Both the position numbers and the translations under genes were made by a program. Below, piece after piece: positions 31,342-44,900 of a stretch of DNA of 64,000 nucleotides. Below the pieces are notes generated by a model. That model was not told where the DNA came from and made no database searches. It saw only the letters and a list, made by a program, of their open reading frames with translations. The stretch is taken from assembly GCA_021613535.1 (NCBI GenBank), contig CP075494.1, forward strand, positions 8,556,001-8,620,000. Direction: 5' to 3'. The DNA is from Adineta vaga. Taxonomy: Eukaryota; Animalia; Rotifera. The stretch's first letter is position 1. Each line of letters opens with the position of its first letter.

Positions 31342-32104
31342 ACCTTTACCGATAGTCGTGTGAAAATGTTTAATAACAAAAATATTATAGATTAAAACTG
31401 CCATAGTATCACATTTTCTTTCTCTCTCTATTGATTTTAGATTTAAAAAAAGATCAAATATATTCTATTATTTTCAATCTTGATGAAAATTCATTTTCTC
31501 ATCGAAAACAACAAGGGATTGTTAATTTTATTAGAAAGAAGAAAATCGACTAATTCAATTAATAGTTAGTATCTATCTATAAAAGCCATCCATACTCATT
31601 CTTTTTGGTTTTTCTATAAACAAATTATCGTTAATCGAATTTTGATATCTGCTGCGATATTGAATATAAACTTCCGATGACAAAAGATCTTCAACACTGC
31701 TCTATCAGTATTTGTTTTGTGACAAGATCAGTTCATTAATATATTTCGACGTGTGTTTTTTTTTCAAATAGTGTAATATATATATATTATAAAAAGGGAA
31801 GAAAAAAGATAGGGACAAAAGTAAGTAGAAGAGTACAGGATGTTAAACACAACAATGAATGAGATGACGACATCGTAACGATCAAGAAGAAAAGAAATAG
31901 AGTGAACGTAAAATAACAGCACTCACATACATGAACATATGACAACGACAAGACACAATTTTTTGAGAAAATAAGACGAAGTAAACATTGTTGTCTGTCC
32001 GACGTCATTCATATACCTACCGAATTGGTTTGTTTTGTTTTTTGTAGTTTTTATTTATATACACCGATTTTTATTTTCAATATATAAAAAAAATAATAAA
32101 GCGA

Positions 32105-33544
32105 TTATCTAGATGAGTTTGTATTATACGATGTTATAGGTGCAGATTGTTGTTGAAAAAATTTTGATGCAAGTAAATCTTGTTGTTGTTGTTGTTTTAA
32201 TACTAAACCTAAAGATGATAGAAAAAAATTTCAATCTGAATAAATAACAGAAAATTTTACCATCTAATTTATCATAATCAATTCGCATTGTTTTATGTGT
32301 TTTACGCCAAAGTTGAACATCAAATACACAATAAACACCCGATTCATATGTATCATATTTTAAATCAGGCATGATATTTTTTATTCTTGTTAACCATAAA
32401 CGTTCTTCTTTATGATAACGCCAATCACGTTTATATAATTCGGCGGCAGCGGATAATTGCACATAATCATTACCAAATGAATAGAATAGAAAGAATAATG
32501 TATCTTCATTTAAATTTGAAAAATTTACAGGAGATAATTTTTCACGTATCTGTAAGCCCATTTGATATTCAGATGGTACTTGATAATCGATTTCATGTGC
32601 TCGAGCTTGATTATCAGAAAATGGAGATACAAAGGATGGATATAAATCATTTGGACTTTCCATACCTAGAAAAACGAGAAGATTTCAATAGATTCATAGT
32701 ATTCATGTTGATAAAGAATACATACTTAGTCCTAATGTTGTTAAATCAAAATTCAATAACATTGATGAATCTGGATGTTTTTCTGCATGTTGAATCATTT
32801 GTAAAAGTCCAACGAGACCATATTGATCTGTAATTGTCGTTGGTGGTAAACCATTGGTATTCGTGATTGTTGACGGCGTATTTGATAGGTGCGTTATTGT
32901 TGTTGATGATGATGCGGATGATGGTGTTGATTTTGTATTGGAAGATGATTGATGTCGATTTATTAATGTACTCAATGGATCAATGGATGTTTTAAATGGA
33001 ATAGGTGACTGCGGTTGTGAATGTTGTGATGAATTATATCCATTACTTATTGATTGATGATTTTGATATAGAGATTGAATATTATTCGTCGATGATGATA
33101 ATGATTCATGGAAATTATTTCGATGAGGTAATGGTGGAAAATCTTCTTGTTGTAATTCAAACTATAGCGAAAAGAAATCTATTGTCTTTGACAAAAAGAA
33201 AATAAATGTTTTACATTTTTCTCTATTTGAGTTTGAGGAGATGATCCAAGTAAACCATCAAATTGTGATGAAGTGGATTGTTGAAAATTTAGAAGATTAG
33301 GTTGTTTCATTAATAATTGTTGTGCTAATGTTGACGAAGATGATGATGATGACGTTGATGATGTTGGCTGTCCTATTGTTGTCCACTGTTTTCCACTGCC
33401 AATCGATCCAAGTAAAGATGAAGTATTCGAATTTAGAGATGATGGTATTGTTGATACTCCACCATTACTATTGACATGTAAATAAGAAGATGGTGTAGAT
33501 GATGATGATGAATTGGCAGTGGCTGCCAAATGTAGAAAAGACAT
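32105..33544 (-). CDS. CNOT2: CCR4-NOT complex subunit 2 (NOT2/Regena), 4 exons
   Basis: EDFPPLP, DQYGLVGLL, DLTTLGL, LYPSFVSPF, IDYQVPSEY, NOT box EDTLFFLFY..QLSAAAELYKRDWRYHKEERLW. Confidence 0.93.
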
Positions 33545-34065
33545 AATGTTTTGAAAAAAAATAACAAATCGAAGAATTTCTTTTTTGTTTTTCTCTAAGG
33601 AAAAAGAAAAGAAAGATTAAAATATGAACATGTAAACAGATAAAATCGAGAAAAACAAGTCACAATGTTCAATAAATGTTAGTATTTTGTTTTGACGAAT
33701 AATCTGTAAAAAAAAATATACGCATCAACCATAGAAAAAAGGTCCGGATGAAGATGAATTGACATTCGAAGAAATGAGTCGCGACAATCGCTTTCATTCG
33801 ATTCAAATGTTAATGAAAAGAAATAATTAAATTTTTATTTTAGATTTTATTATCAATGTTTAAAAATAACATCGAAAAGGTTTCTTATATAAATAAATAA
33901 TAATGCATAAAACAACTAGCGACATCCTCTATTCTCATTTGTTACAAGAATAAAACCATTCATCTACTTCGAAAACGTCTTTACGACTATTTTAAAGTAA
34001 AAAAGTAGATTTTATCAATCAATTCATAATAAAACGAACTATTTATTAATCTATATATAGATTCA

Positions 34066-35320
34066 ATGTCTCTCAAATATCTCACTCGATTTTCATACTT
34101 TCTTCTTCTTTTCAATCTGACTATACATGCGCAACAAGAACAATCAGTCATCGCTTTTGAACCATCTTCAATCAGTATTACAGTCGGTCAAAATTATTCA
34201 GTCAATGTTCGTCTTCTAATACCCGATATCATTCCACCCAATGTTTTCTTGATGTTTATGTACAATGATAAACTCTCGGATGCAGACGGTTATATTCAAA
34301 CTTTACCAAATATAACATTTACTAAACAAACAAGTGATGATCAAAGTCGAATGATTATTGTTAGTGGTCGTCGACAAGGACATGTTGTTGTGACAGCACA
34401 ATCGCCACAAGTAAACATATCATCATTCTACGATTTTCTTCTTATTGATATTGCACGAAGTAAAACATTAAATATTTTAATACAACTTGTTGGATGGATT
34501 TATTTCTTTGCTTGGTCAATATCGTTCTATCCTCAAATTATACTTAATTTTCGTCGTCAAAGTGTCATTGGATTAAATTTTGATTTTTTAGCATTGAATA
34601 TTCTTGGACATACATGTTACTCTATATATAATCTATGTTTGTATACGTCACATGATGTTCAAAAACAATACTATACTGCACATCCACATGGAATTTTACC
34701 TGTTTTGCTTAATGATGTAAGAGAATGATTCATTTGGAATAGATTCTTTATATAAATTATTCATATAGGTTTTGTTCAGTGTTCATGCTGTCATTGCATG
34801 TTTAGTAACTGTTGGTCAGTGTGTATTTTTTGAACGTGGTACACAACGTGTTTCCTACATAGCTCGTATAATTGGCGGCGTCTTAATCATTTTTTTACTT
34901 ATATCTTCGATCGTTGCATTTACAAGTCATTTATCAACATTAACATTACTTTATTTTTATTCCTATGTGAAATTAACAATAACAATGATTAAATATGTTC
35001 CACAAGCATGGATGAATTATAAACGAAAATCTACCGAAGGTTGGTCAATTGGTAATATTCTGTTAGATTTTACTGGTGGAGTATTAAGTGTCGTACAAAT
35101 GTTTTTACTTGCAATTAATTATGATGATTGGTCATCAATATTTGGTTCACCAACAAAATTTGGATTAGGATTATTTTCAATTATATTTGACATATTGTTC
35201 ATTCTTCAACATTATATATTCTATCGAACAAATCGATCAATCGTTCGACGAACAAAACTTACGACAAATGAGGAAGATAATCATGATGAAACATCACCTA
35301 TTCTTCCTGCACGATTATAA
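34066..35320 (+). CDS. CTNS: Cystinosin (lysosomal PQ-loop cystine transporter), one intron 34717-34768
   Basis: Signal peptide and luminal domain, GWIYFFAWSISFYPQ, SVIGLNFDF, VLLNDVLFSVHA, KYVPQAWMNYKRKSTEGWSIGNILLDFTGG, PTKFGLG. Confidence 0.95.
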
Positions 35321-35849
35321 TTCAGTACAAAACGGTGTTTTCCTCTCTGCTAATACAATTCTTCTGTCCATGTAATTCCTTTTTTTCTTGTCAATTACAA
35401 TCAAAAATAAAATATTGTCAAAAGACTTTTGGGAAGTATCTCAGTAATCTATGAGAGTTTCAGTGATAATCATCACTTTATTATCGTAAATTTGTTCTTT
35501 TTTCAAAAAGAATTTGAGATAGATAACAAATGTCAGATCAATGAATATATAAAAGAAGAAGAAGAAGAAGAAGATGAAGGAGAAAGCACATTTGAGTTGA
35601 TCCACACGAATTGAATGAAAGATTATCTACTGTCACTGCACACAAGAAAAACAGATTCATAAAGAAACTTAGTCACACATCAATCAGTTAACAAGTGTAG
35701 ACGAGAAACAAAATCAAACAAAAAGAAAACAACTGTTCTGAATGTGCTTGTGTGATGATGAGAGACAGAGAAAGACAGAAGGAGATTGTTTGTTTTTTGT
35801 TCATGTCATTGATATAATAAATAAGAATTTTATCTGATCGGTTGATCGT

Positions 35850-37556
35850 TTATGATAAGACACAAATGCGTGGTTGATGTCGAGATCGAGATTTTGTTGG
35901 AGGAAGTGTTTCACCACTTAACGTTCGACTACATCCACAATTTAGAGTAGATCGACCATTATGTTGTTGAACAACTTGTTGATTCTCGTAAGGTGAATGA
36001 AAAAATGAAGTTGAATTTATTGGTATTTTGACTGGTTCTTCTTCAGTATTACGATTATTTTCTGAAAGAGTTGGTGGTCGATGCAATTCCGTTAAATAAT
36101 CATACATTGTACTTGTTTGAAAACGAGTCAACGCTAATTGAGGAAATGGTAAGAGATCAAATGTACGTGGTGGTCGTCGTCGAAACCATTCATGTTGTTT
36201 AATTTGTTCAACAGTAAAACGTTGATTTTTATTAATATGTAATAAACCATGAATAAGTGAAGTTAAATGTAGTTCAACATCATCTGGAATGGTATAAACA
36301 CCTTTACCAATTGTTTGAAATAATAAATAAATATTATCAGCTTCAAATGGTAAACATCCGGTGACAATATTATATAAAGTTACACCACATGACCAAATAT
36401 CAATCGAAAAACCACTATATGTATCTTCACCATTGGCTATTTCAGGACATTGAAAAGCAGGAGTACCTAAAAGATGATATTCATTGTAAGATAAAATTCT
36501 TGTTTTGACTCAGATTTATTAATAATTGACTAATTCTATAGATTAAATCTTATTTTAATGTATTTCTCTGATAGATTTAAATTAATTAATCTCGAGAGTT
36601 AAAAAAACACCACATACCTTGACTTCTTGTAATTGTATCATCAAAACTGAACCTAAATAGAAAAGAAAAACATTGATATTTTTAATCAAATTCATTCTTT
36701 CGCATCTATTTACATATCCAGTTGTTCTGCTGTTCCAAAATCTGTAATTTTCAATTGATGTTCTATTGTAATTAATAAATTTCCTGGTCTAAATAATATA
36801 CAAATGTATTCTATATCTCTGAACGTTTTTTGTTACATACTTAATATCATTATGAATAATGAATTTTGAATGTAAATATTCGATTCCATCGATCAATTGT
36901 ATAAAATATCCATGTGCTTGCCAGATAGGAAATGCTCTTGTGTCTCGTTGATGTTCATCACTATCGAGCATTTCTTGTAATGAAACAACGCAAAGATCAA
37001 TAAATAAATATAGCTTTTGTTTTTCATCATTTCTAATAAAATCATATAATTTAATTATATTTTGATGATTTAGTTTTTTTAATAAACGTATTTCTGTTGC
37101 TGCCATCTTTTCACCGTGTGGAGTTTTACGTAAACGTCTTCGTTGCATAATTTTAACTGCACGTCGACATAAATTACGACGATCTAAACATTCTTTTACT
37201 TTAGCATAAGAACCTTGCCCAATAACATCACCAAATAGATAAGCTCCGATAAATTTTGCACGTTTACGTTTAGCATAAAAATTGAAATCATCTTCGGATG
37301 AAACACGTTGAATAGGAACTACTGTAGGTGGAGTTAATTCAAATATACAACCGGATGTTTGTTCACCATCATCTTCTTGTTCATCAAATAAGATATTAAA
37401 TTGAGCACCAGCATGTTCAGATGATGAATGACCGTTTTTATAATTGTACAAGATCGATGGTTGCTGAATATGAGAATATAATTCGTCTTTTTCAGATGAA
37501 TATTGAGAAGTATTTCCAATGAATACTGAAGATGGTAAGAGACTTTTATCAGTCAT
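35850..37556 (-). CDS. STK11: Ser/Thr kinase LKB1 (STK11/PAR-4), 4 exons including a 35-nt exon 36652-36618
   Basis: KRKRAKFIGAYLFGDVIGQGSYAKVKECLD..LCRRAVKI, QAHGYFIQLIDGIEYLHS, DIKPGNLL, SQGTPAFQCPEIANG, TTMY/TSTMYDYL-type C-tail motif, CaaX end CVLS*. Confidence 0.93.
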
Positions 37557-38391
37557 GTCCACACATCATTTAGTTCTGAGAAAATAAAGTTGTTTTTGAA
37601 ATAAAAATATTTTCAATTAATGATGAATCTCGATCCCAATAATTCTTCGAATATTCTTAAGTCAAAATAGATGTAATTTAAGATTTTATTTGAACTATAA
37701 TGTTCTTTTTTGCGAGATAATCTATCATAAATAATGGTTGTGATAGACAACGAATAAAATAATCTGTATGATTTCTTAATTCTATCTGATCGATAGATGG
37801 CAATGGTTTAGTTTATAAACAAAATCTCTCTTAAAGAATATAATGTATTCTAGTAGCAATTAAAATTATCTTTAAAATTTGCAGATGATTCCAACTTTTG
37901 GGAAAGATTAAACATAAAAATAGCAACATTTTGATCTGTTTTCTTTTTTGTTATTAATGATTTTGTTTCTTATAAATATTTTATCAGATTTCTTCTTCAC
38001 TCTATACGAAAGAAGAAAAGAGCGTGTCTGATGATGATTGATTTGTTTTAGTCACCTGTATAAGCGAACAAACCGTTTGTTTGTTTCGTATCACTGATTT
38101 ATCTGAGTATTTTGATATGTATACATCACTGTCGCTAATCAATCGCCAGGTGTCCAAAGTTTAAGAGTATTTCGTATATTTTTTTTCTATTCGGTTTTTG
38201 TGTGTCCCTATTAGGTGAGTGGGAATATTTTACCAACAAACCACAAAAAACATAGTCGGCTGTACAGAATCCACTAATATATAATATTTTTGTAAGTTTA
38301 TATTTTTTTCTCCTTGGTTGGTCACAAAATATCGAGTTTCAGGTACTCTTTCGTCTCTCTCTCTACACAAATTTTCGACCTTCAACTTCTT

Positions 38392-38393
<2 letters not shown>

Positions 38394-38432
<39 letters not shown>
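38394..38432. repeat. (CT)n microsatellite upstream of the 38663 gene
   Basis: Uninterrupted ctctct run at about 38397-38432, with a shorter CT run at about 38355-38364. Confidence 0.9.
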
Positions 38433-38434
<2 letters not shown>

Positions 38435-38662
38435 TTTTTTCATTACGCCTTCAATACTTGGTTTTATCTCATTAACCAATCATCCGGCAAAAAATAATAA
38501 CCACATCACTTTGCGATTAAGGGGCATACCTATATTTTGTTTTAGTTTTCTTGTTTTTTTCTCAAAGACAGTTTCTTCTCACTTTACCTGCGCAATATTC
38601 GAGAATAAGTCTCATTTTCTTTTTTATATACAGATAAATTAACTGTATAATTCATATACAAA

Positions 38663-40245
38663 ATGAGCGGACCATATAATCATCAAGTAGCAGCTGGACA
38701 AAGTTTTGGTCAAGGTATTGGCTATACTAGTGGAGTAAATGCCAGTCAATTTGGTGGTAACGCAGCTGGACAAGCTGTTGGACAAATTGCTGGACAAGCT
38801 GCTGGACTAGCTGCTGCTGCACAAGCTGCTGGACAAAACTTTACTCAAACCTCTTCAACATATCGAGCAGAATCTCATCAAACTCAACAAAATCCCGGTG
38901 TTCGTGCACAACAATTACAACGTAATGAACGAGAAACATCGTCTCAAGCTGCTTCAATACAACACACAGCAGAATCCCATCAAACTCAACAAAGTTCTAA
39001 TAGTCGTGGAGAAAAACTACAACGTAATGAACGAGAAACATCATCTCAACCTGCATCGACACAACGATCTGCTGAAGTTCGCTCCAGTCGACATGCTTCA
39101 AAAAATCAAGGAGGACATCATCATCATCGTCATCGTGAACGCACAAATTCCCAAAGCTCTAGCAGTTCCTCTGAAGGTGTTTATAAACTCGCCGGTGGTG
39201 ATGCTGGAGCAGCTGGTCTAACTGCTTCAAATTCCCATCAACAGTATTCTGCTGAAAGTGCTTACGCTTATGGAGGAGCTGCAAATGGTGTCGTTGGTGC
39301 ATATGGAGGAGCTGCATATGGTGCAACTGGTGCATATGGAGGAGCTGCATATGGCGCAACTGGTGCATATGGTGCAGGTGCTGCTCCTTGTGGAACCACT
39401 CAAGTTGAAGGTCCACGACGACCTGGACGTCATCAAAAACAAGTTATTCGACTACCTGACCAAGCTCAAGGAGCAACACGACAAGTACGACGCCGTCTTC
39501 CGACACCAGAACCGGATACATTGGAACGAGTGTAAGTTTTCAGAAATATGTTTAAATTGAATCTTATTTCAATTTGTTATAATCTAGTTATATTCAACGT
39601 GTAGGTGGTGAAGTTATCGAAGAAATTACAGAAATTCCAACAACACCACCACCTCGTGTTCAAGAACGAACTGTTACCGAACCAGCTGGACCACCTCGAG
39701 TTGTCAAACGAACCATTCGTGTACCACCACGAGGTGGTGACTGTCAACAATCCGGTGGCTTTTCCGGTAACGTAGGTCAATCCAATAATTTATTGAGTGC
39801 CGGAAGTTATGGAAGTGTACAACAAGCTTCTGGTAACTTTCAACAACAGGGTGCTGCCTCACCTAGTATTAATAGTGGTGCATCCTTTGGCACTGGATTC
39901 GGTAATGCGGTCGGTGGTGCATCACAAGGTGCTGGATTTGGTGGTGCAGTCGGCAATTTCAGTCCTGCTGGTGGCAGTTATTCATCTGTCAATCAGGCTT
40001 ATGGAACACAAAATGCAGGTTTTCCACAACAAGCTCCAAGCTTTGGTGGTGGTTTCCAACAACAAGCTGCTAGCTTCGGTGGTGGTTTTCAACAACAAGC
40101 TGCTAGCTTCGGTGGTGGTTTTCAACAACAAGCTGCTAGCTTCGGTAGCGGTTTTCAACAACGACCAACTGGTGCTTTCAGTTTCATAGCGCAAGGATTA
40201 ACACCAAGTGCTGGTCTTCATCAAGCTACCTGTTTTTATGTTTAA
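38663..40245 (+). CDS. Uncharacterised Gly/Ala/Gln-rich repeat protein with a Pro/Val/Arg/Glu core; exons 38663-39531 and 39588-40245
   Basis: A 56-nt GT-AG intron joins ORF 38663 (..DTLERV) to YIQRVGGEVIEE.., which continues in frame into the 39793-40245 ORF and ends ..ATCFYV*. Confidence 0.85.
38867..39058 (+). repeat. Tandem 102-bp (34-aa) coding duplication
   Basis: AESHQTQQ...LQRNERETSSQ occurs twice; the copies start at 38867 and 38969. Confidence 0.85.
39269..39375 (+). repeat. 33-bp coding tandem repeat (YGGAAYGATGA), about 3 copies
   Basis: tatggaggagctgca.atgg.g....tggtgca is repeated. Confidence 0.85.
40018..40161 (+). repeat. 33-bp coding tandem repeat (GFQQQAASFGG), about 4.3 copies
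   Basis: ggttt.caacaacaagctgctagcttcggtggt is repeated. Confidence 0.9.
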
Positions 40246-41982
40246 ATTTCAATCAATTCCATCTTTTCTTCACTTTTAACTGTCGATGAAATAACAACGT
40301 TCTGAATTATACGATTTATTTCTTGTTTTCTCTTGCTTAGTTCTAGACAAATATGTTTCTTTTTTTGCGAAGACTTCCTATTGTGTAATAGTAATGTATT
40401 CATCGAAGACAAAAAACAACCGTTTAATTTTGCTTGCTATCAATCTATACAAAAGTGCTTTAAGTTTCTTTTCTTTACTTCTATTTTTTATTCCTAATAT
40501 ATCTCTCTCATAAATAAAAAAGAATATAAAGATATAGCTATACAAAAAAACCAAAAGACAATACAGAAAAAAACAAACTTACATTGCTTGCTGTCGTTTA
40601 TAATTATGATGCACATCGATGCACACGTACATGTACACACCACAGACAAAGAAAAAATAAAATAAAAATATATATACCTGTTCTTTCATTTTATGATTGT
40701 CGTCGAAGATAATGACTGCATCGATCATGATCAAGACATATGACAAAACGATGTTTTAATAATGCTTTTCACCTCAAAGGAAAAAGAAAAACTAAGAAAG
40801 AGAAGAAGTCTTTCTAAGGAAGAGAAATATATTTGTGTAGTAGTTTTCTTAAACTAAATAGATGCCGTTATCATCCTATGAAAAAGACTAATGTTCAATT
40901 AATATGGCGCTGTTGGTAAATGAGGACGACACGATGATTCATTCTTTATTGAACTAGTTAGTTAGCTTGCTTGCTTGTCTGCCGAAGAAAGAAAGAAATG
41001 AATGAAGGAAGGAAGAGTCATTTTCTTCTTTCTTCTTTTTTTTATATTATTTGTTCTTTCTATTGTTTTAAAACTACATTTATCTTGAAGGGTAAGGTAG
41101 GTTGGGTGCCGTCGACTTCAAGGATCTTTTTCTTTTTTTTTCTTTTCATTTGACAAATCAAATTGTTACATATTAAATTTCCTGATATGAAAAAAAAAGA
41201 ATTTAGAAAGATAAATGCATTCATTTCGAAGAAAAGAATATGTGTTATAAAACATATGCTCATGTTTTTTCTTCTTCTTCTTCTTCTTCTGTCTGTTTTT
41301 TGTCCTTGTCGATCGAATTGGTAGCAGCAGAAAAAAGAAATGAAATCTTTGTCTTATTCTTGTTTCGTAAGTAATTAAAACTTAAGCTATCGACTAGATC
41401 AATTGTCTCGACTGTCTAATGACGTGCAAAGTTTTATCACCTTATAATGTCTGTCTTGTTTCCTATTGTCTTCAACAAAATTTTGTTTGTTTAACGCGGC
41501 TGTAACAACATCGACATCTTATTTATTTGTTCCTATCGTCTCACGCTCTGTCCACTGCTATCGACATGATGTTTAGCCTTTATTTTGATCAATTTTTATT
41601 TATATTCAACATATCTGAGAGAAAAAAACATCTTTATGAAAGAAGAAAGACTTTGATTTGATGATGACCATGAAAAGAAAATCAAATAGTTCTTGTTTGA
41701 TTGATTAATGTGATTCATATGATTGGTAAGTAATAGTAGAAAGTAATTTATCGATAGTAGGGTTAGTCGATGTTACGTGATCTCTTGTCATTAAGAAGAG
41801 CAAATCATGTAGTACTCGTTTTCTTTTCTTCTTTTCTTCTATCGACTAATACTTACCACATCATCACCGACAGGGATGAATGATACGGCTTATACATCAC
41901 AGGTGAACATAACGAGATTGTATTGATATTCATTTTCTAGATGATTGTGTAAGCGAATTACAAATAAATCAACAAGAAGAGA

Positions 41983-44900
41983 ATGATTAACCGAAGTTGG
42001 GGTATTGAACTTTGGGTTTGTATTGATTATTTTAAAATTCTTATTCTGGATAATTCCTAGGTTTCTTTTTCTTCTCAGGATCAATTTGATAATGTCACAA
42101 AATATACAGAAAAAAGTATTCAATTCTGTGAAAAATACGAAGCATTTCTTAAGGATCGCTGTTCTGTGGAAGATGATTATGCAAAAGCTTTAAAGAAATT
42201 AACTAAAACATATACACCAAAATTAAAAGAACAAGAAGAATTTTATAATAAGTAAAGTTTTTTCTCTCGCTTTAATCAAACTAATCTATTTGTTCTCTCT
42301 CTCTAGATACTCATATACATTAGCATTTTGTTCGACATTGAAAGAATTACAAGATATCGCATCACAACATGAAATTATTGCTGATAATTTACGTGAACGT
42401 ACTATAAAACATATACAATTAACAATTAAAGAATGTCGAGAACAAAGGAAAAAATGTCTAGATGAATATAGTAAAACTAAACGACAACTTGATAAACAAC
42501 ATGATCTGATGATTAAAGTATATATTGAAATCAATTTCAATGCATATCGAAACTATCAATAAATATTGGAATTTGTTTTTGTTTTCTTTTAGTCTCTACG
42601 AAAATATGAAGAATGTCATGAATCTGCTCGTCGTGCAAAAGAAAGTTATGAAAAAGCTCACGAAGATCTGGATCTATCTCGTGCACAACTAGAAAAAACA
42701 CGTGATTTAATGACATTAAAAACAAAAATCTCAGATGATGCACATACGAATTATTCAACTCAAGTATCTGTTTATAATGATACACAACGTTCATTTTATG
42801 AACGACAATTACCAAGTATTCTATGTGATTTACAGCAATTAGATGGAAAACGTTCGAATGATGTCAGAAAGATTTATTCACATTTTATTCAATCACATAT
42901 GGAAGTTTTACCACGTGTACAACGATGTCTCGAAGAAATGTCCAAGCAAATTGAACAGTTAAATCCTTGTGCTGATGCTCAAGTTGTTATTAATGAATAT
43001 CAAACAGGTTATGCTATTCCTGATGATCAAAAACCAGTATGAAACGCGCATCATTCATTTGTATAGATAAATATCTTGATTTAATCATTTAGATTGATCT
43101 TAATGCAGGTGATCCATCATCTTCCTCCTTCTCATTATACAATGGACATGAACAATCGATTTATAAAGAATTCACACGTTCAAATACCTTAAGAAGTACA
43201 AATAGCGATTATGTGAGTCATAATGGTACTGCGACAATATATGCACCTAGCAGTCACATTAATGGAACACAAACCTTAGCAGCAGGAACATCTGCTATAC
43301 CTTCAAGGAAAACAGGCGGTGCAGCTAGTACAATAAGAAAACTATTTGGAAGTTCAACACAAAGAAAAGTAATTGAAAATTTCTAGCTATAAGCTATATT
43401 CTTTACTCAATTGTTTTTTAGGCTTCTAATGCAAGTAGTATTAGTACTGTTACAATCAATGCACCATTTAGTAATTTGCCACCTGCTCAACGTATACGAA
43501 AATTTCAAGAACAAATTCTTAATTGTAAAAATGAATTAGAGAAAAAACAAAAAGCCAAGTATGATTTTGTTTGAAAACTAAAATTGTTTTATTAATATCG
43601 AAAAACAAAATAATTTTTCTAGAGAAGGTTTGATCAAAATGAGATTTGTTTTTCAAGAAAATCCAAAATTTGGTGATGAACAAGATGTAGCACAACAGAT
43701 TGTCTCAATGGATGAAACTATTGAGAAACTATCAGCAGAAATCAAACGATTCGAAGTAAAAGAAAACGAATTTCTCGAACAATAGAAAATTTACAATTGT
43801 CTATTCTAGTCTTATATAACTGAAATTGAACGAACGAGAATACCAAATTCATCAGATATTGATTTATCTTCACGATCACGTACTAGTTATGATTCCGATC
43901 AATCGATAAGTAATCAAAATCTTGATATGGCATCACAAAATCGAAGGTAAACAAATGAACACTATTTAGTTTATCATATACGTTTGTGTGTAGTTCACTC
44001 TATTTTCATAAACATCAATATAAATTTTTCAATTTCAATCGACGTTGGTCGACGACGGTTTGGTTAGGAAGATAAAAAAAAAGAAATTGCTCCTCTTTTC
44101 ATTCTTTTCTAATCAGTTAAATGCATGCTGAAAATAATAAACAGATGCACTCGATCTATTTATTCTTATCTTAATCATCAGAATGAAGATTTTTATATAT
44201 TCTGTCTTCGATTGATTGAATTATTTCTTTTAGCTCATCGGATATTCCGGAACAGATTGGTAATGGGATTTATGATCAAACAAATGAATTCCATTGTTTA
44301 CCATCGATAACATCAATGACAGTACATCAAATTGATACGCCGACACGAGAATCAAATGGCTCATTCGAAGATGAAGATGCTGATGACGATCAAGTTGATA
44401 GTCATTATCAAGAACAAACAAATCAAGAAAATTATATAAAAGCATGTGTACTTTATGATTTCAATGGTAAATTAAACAATAGAATTGTTGTTTATTTGGT
44501 ACTTTTACGTAGAAGTATAGTTAAGAATATAAATACAGAAGAAATAATGATTCTATTGTTACCCATGGGAAATCTCAAATTATACATCGAGATATTGACA
44601 TGTATAGAAAATAATAATTAAGTAGTTTAGAAAGATATATTTTGATATAAAATATTCCTCAAAATGAGAATAGAAAACAATAACATTCATCTCGACTGAA
44701 TTAGTTTTCTTTTCCAGTCAGAATAGGTACATTGAATTTGATCTCGAAGTATACAAATAAAGCTAATCATTATCTAGGGTTTTCTTTTTCAATGTTCTAG
44801 GTGAAGGTAACAATGGTTCTCAATATGTAAATGCAGCATCAATCAATATTGGCGAATATGTTGATATTTTAGAGGATGATCATGGTGATGGTTGGACACG

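Noticed and set aside
29492-31404. Bacterial contamination as the source of the cyanophycinase/SRPBCC segment
   Set aside because: AT-rich codon usage resembles the neighbours, a poly(A) signal is present, no ribosome-binding site is obvious, and the segment is contiguous with spliced animal genes. Read-level confirmation is still advisable.
35309-35320. Cystinosin ends in ARL, a PTS1-like tripeptide
   Set aside because: The protein has a signal peptide and 7 TM helices, so PTS1 matrix import is not plausible. Likely coincidence.
40018-40161. 33-bp direct repeats resembling a CRISPR array or LEA 11-mer
   Set aside because: The repeats are contiguous with no unique spacers, lie in frame in a coding exon, and have no cas genes nearby. 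The sequence lacks the charged A/K/E/T pattern of group 3 LEA motifs.
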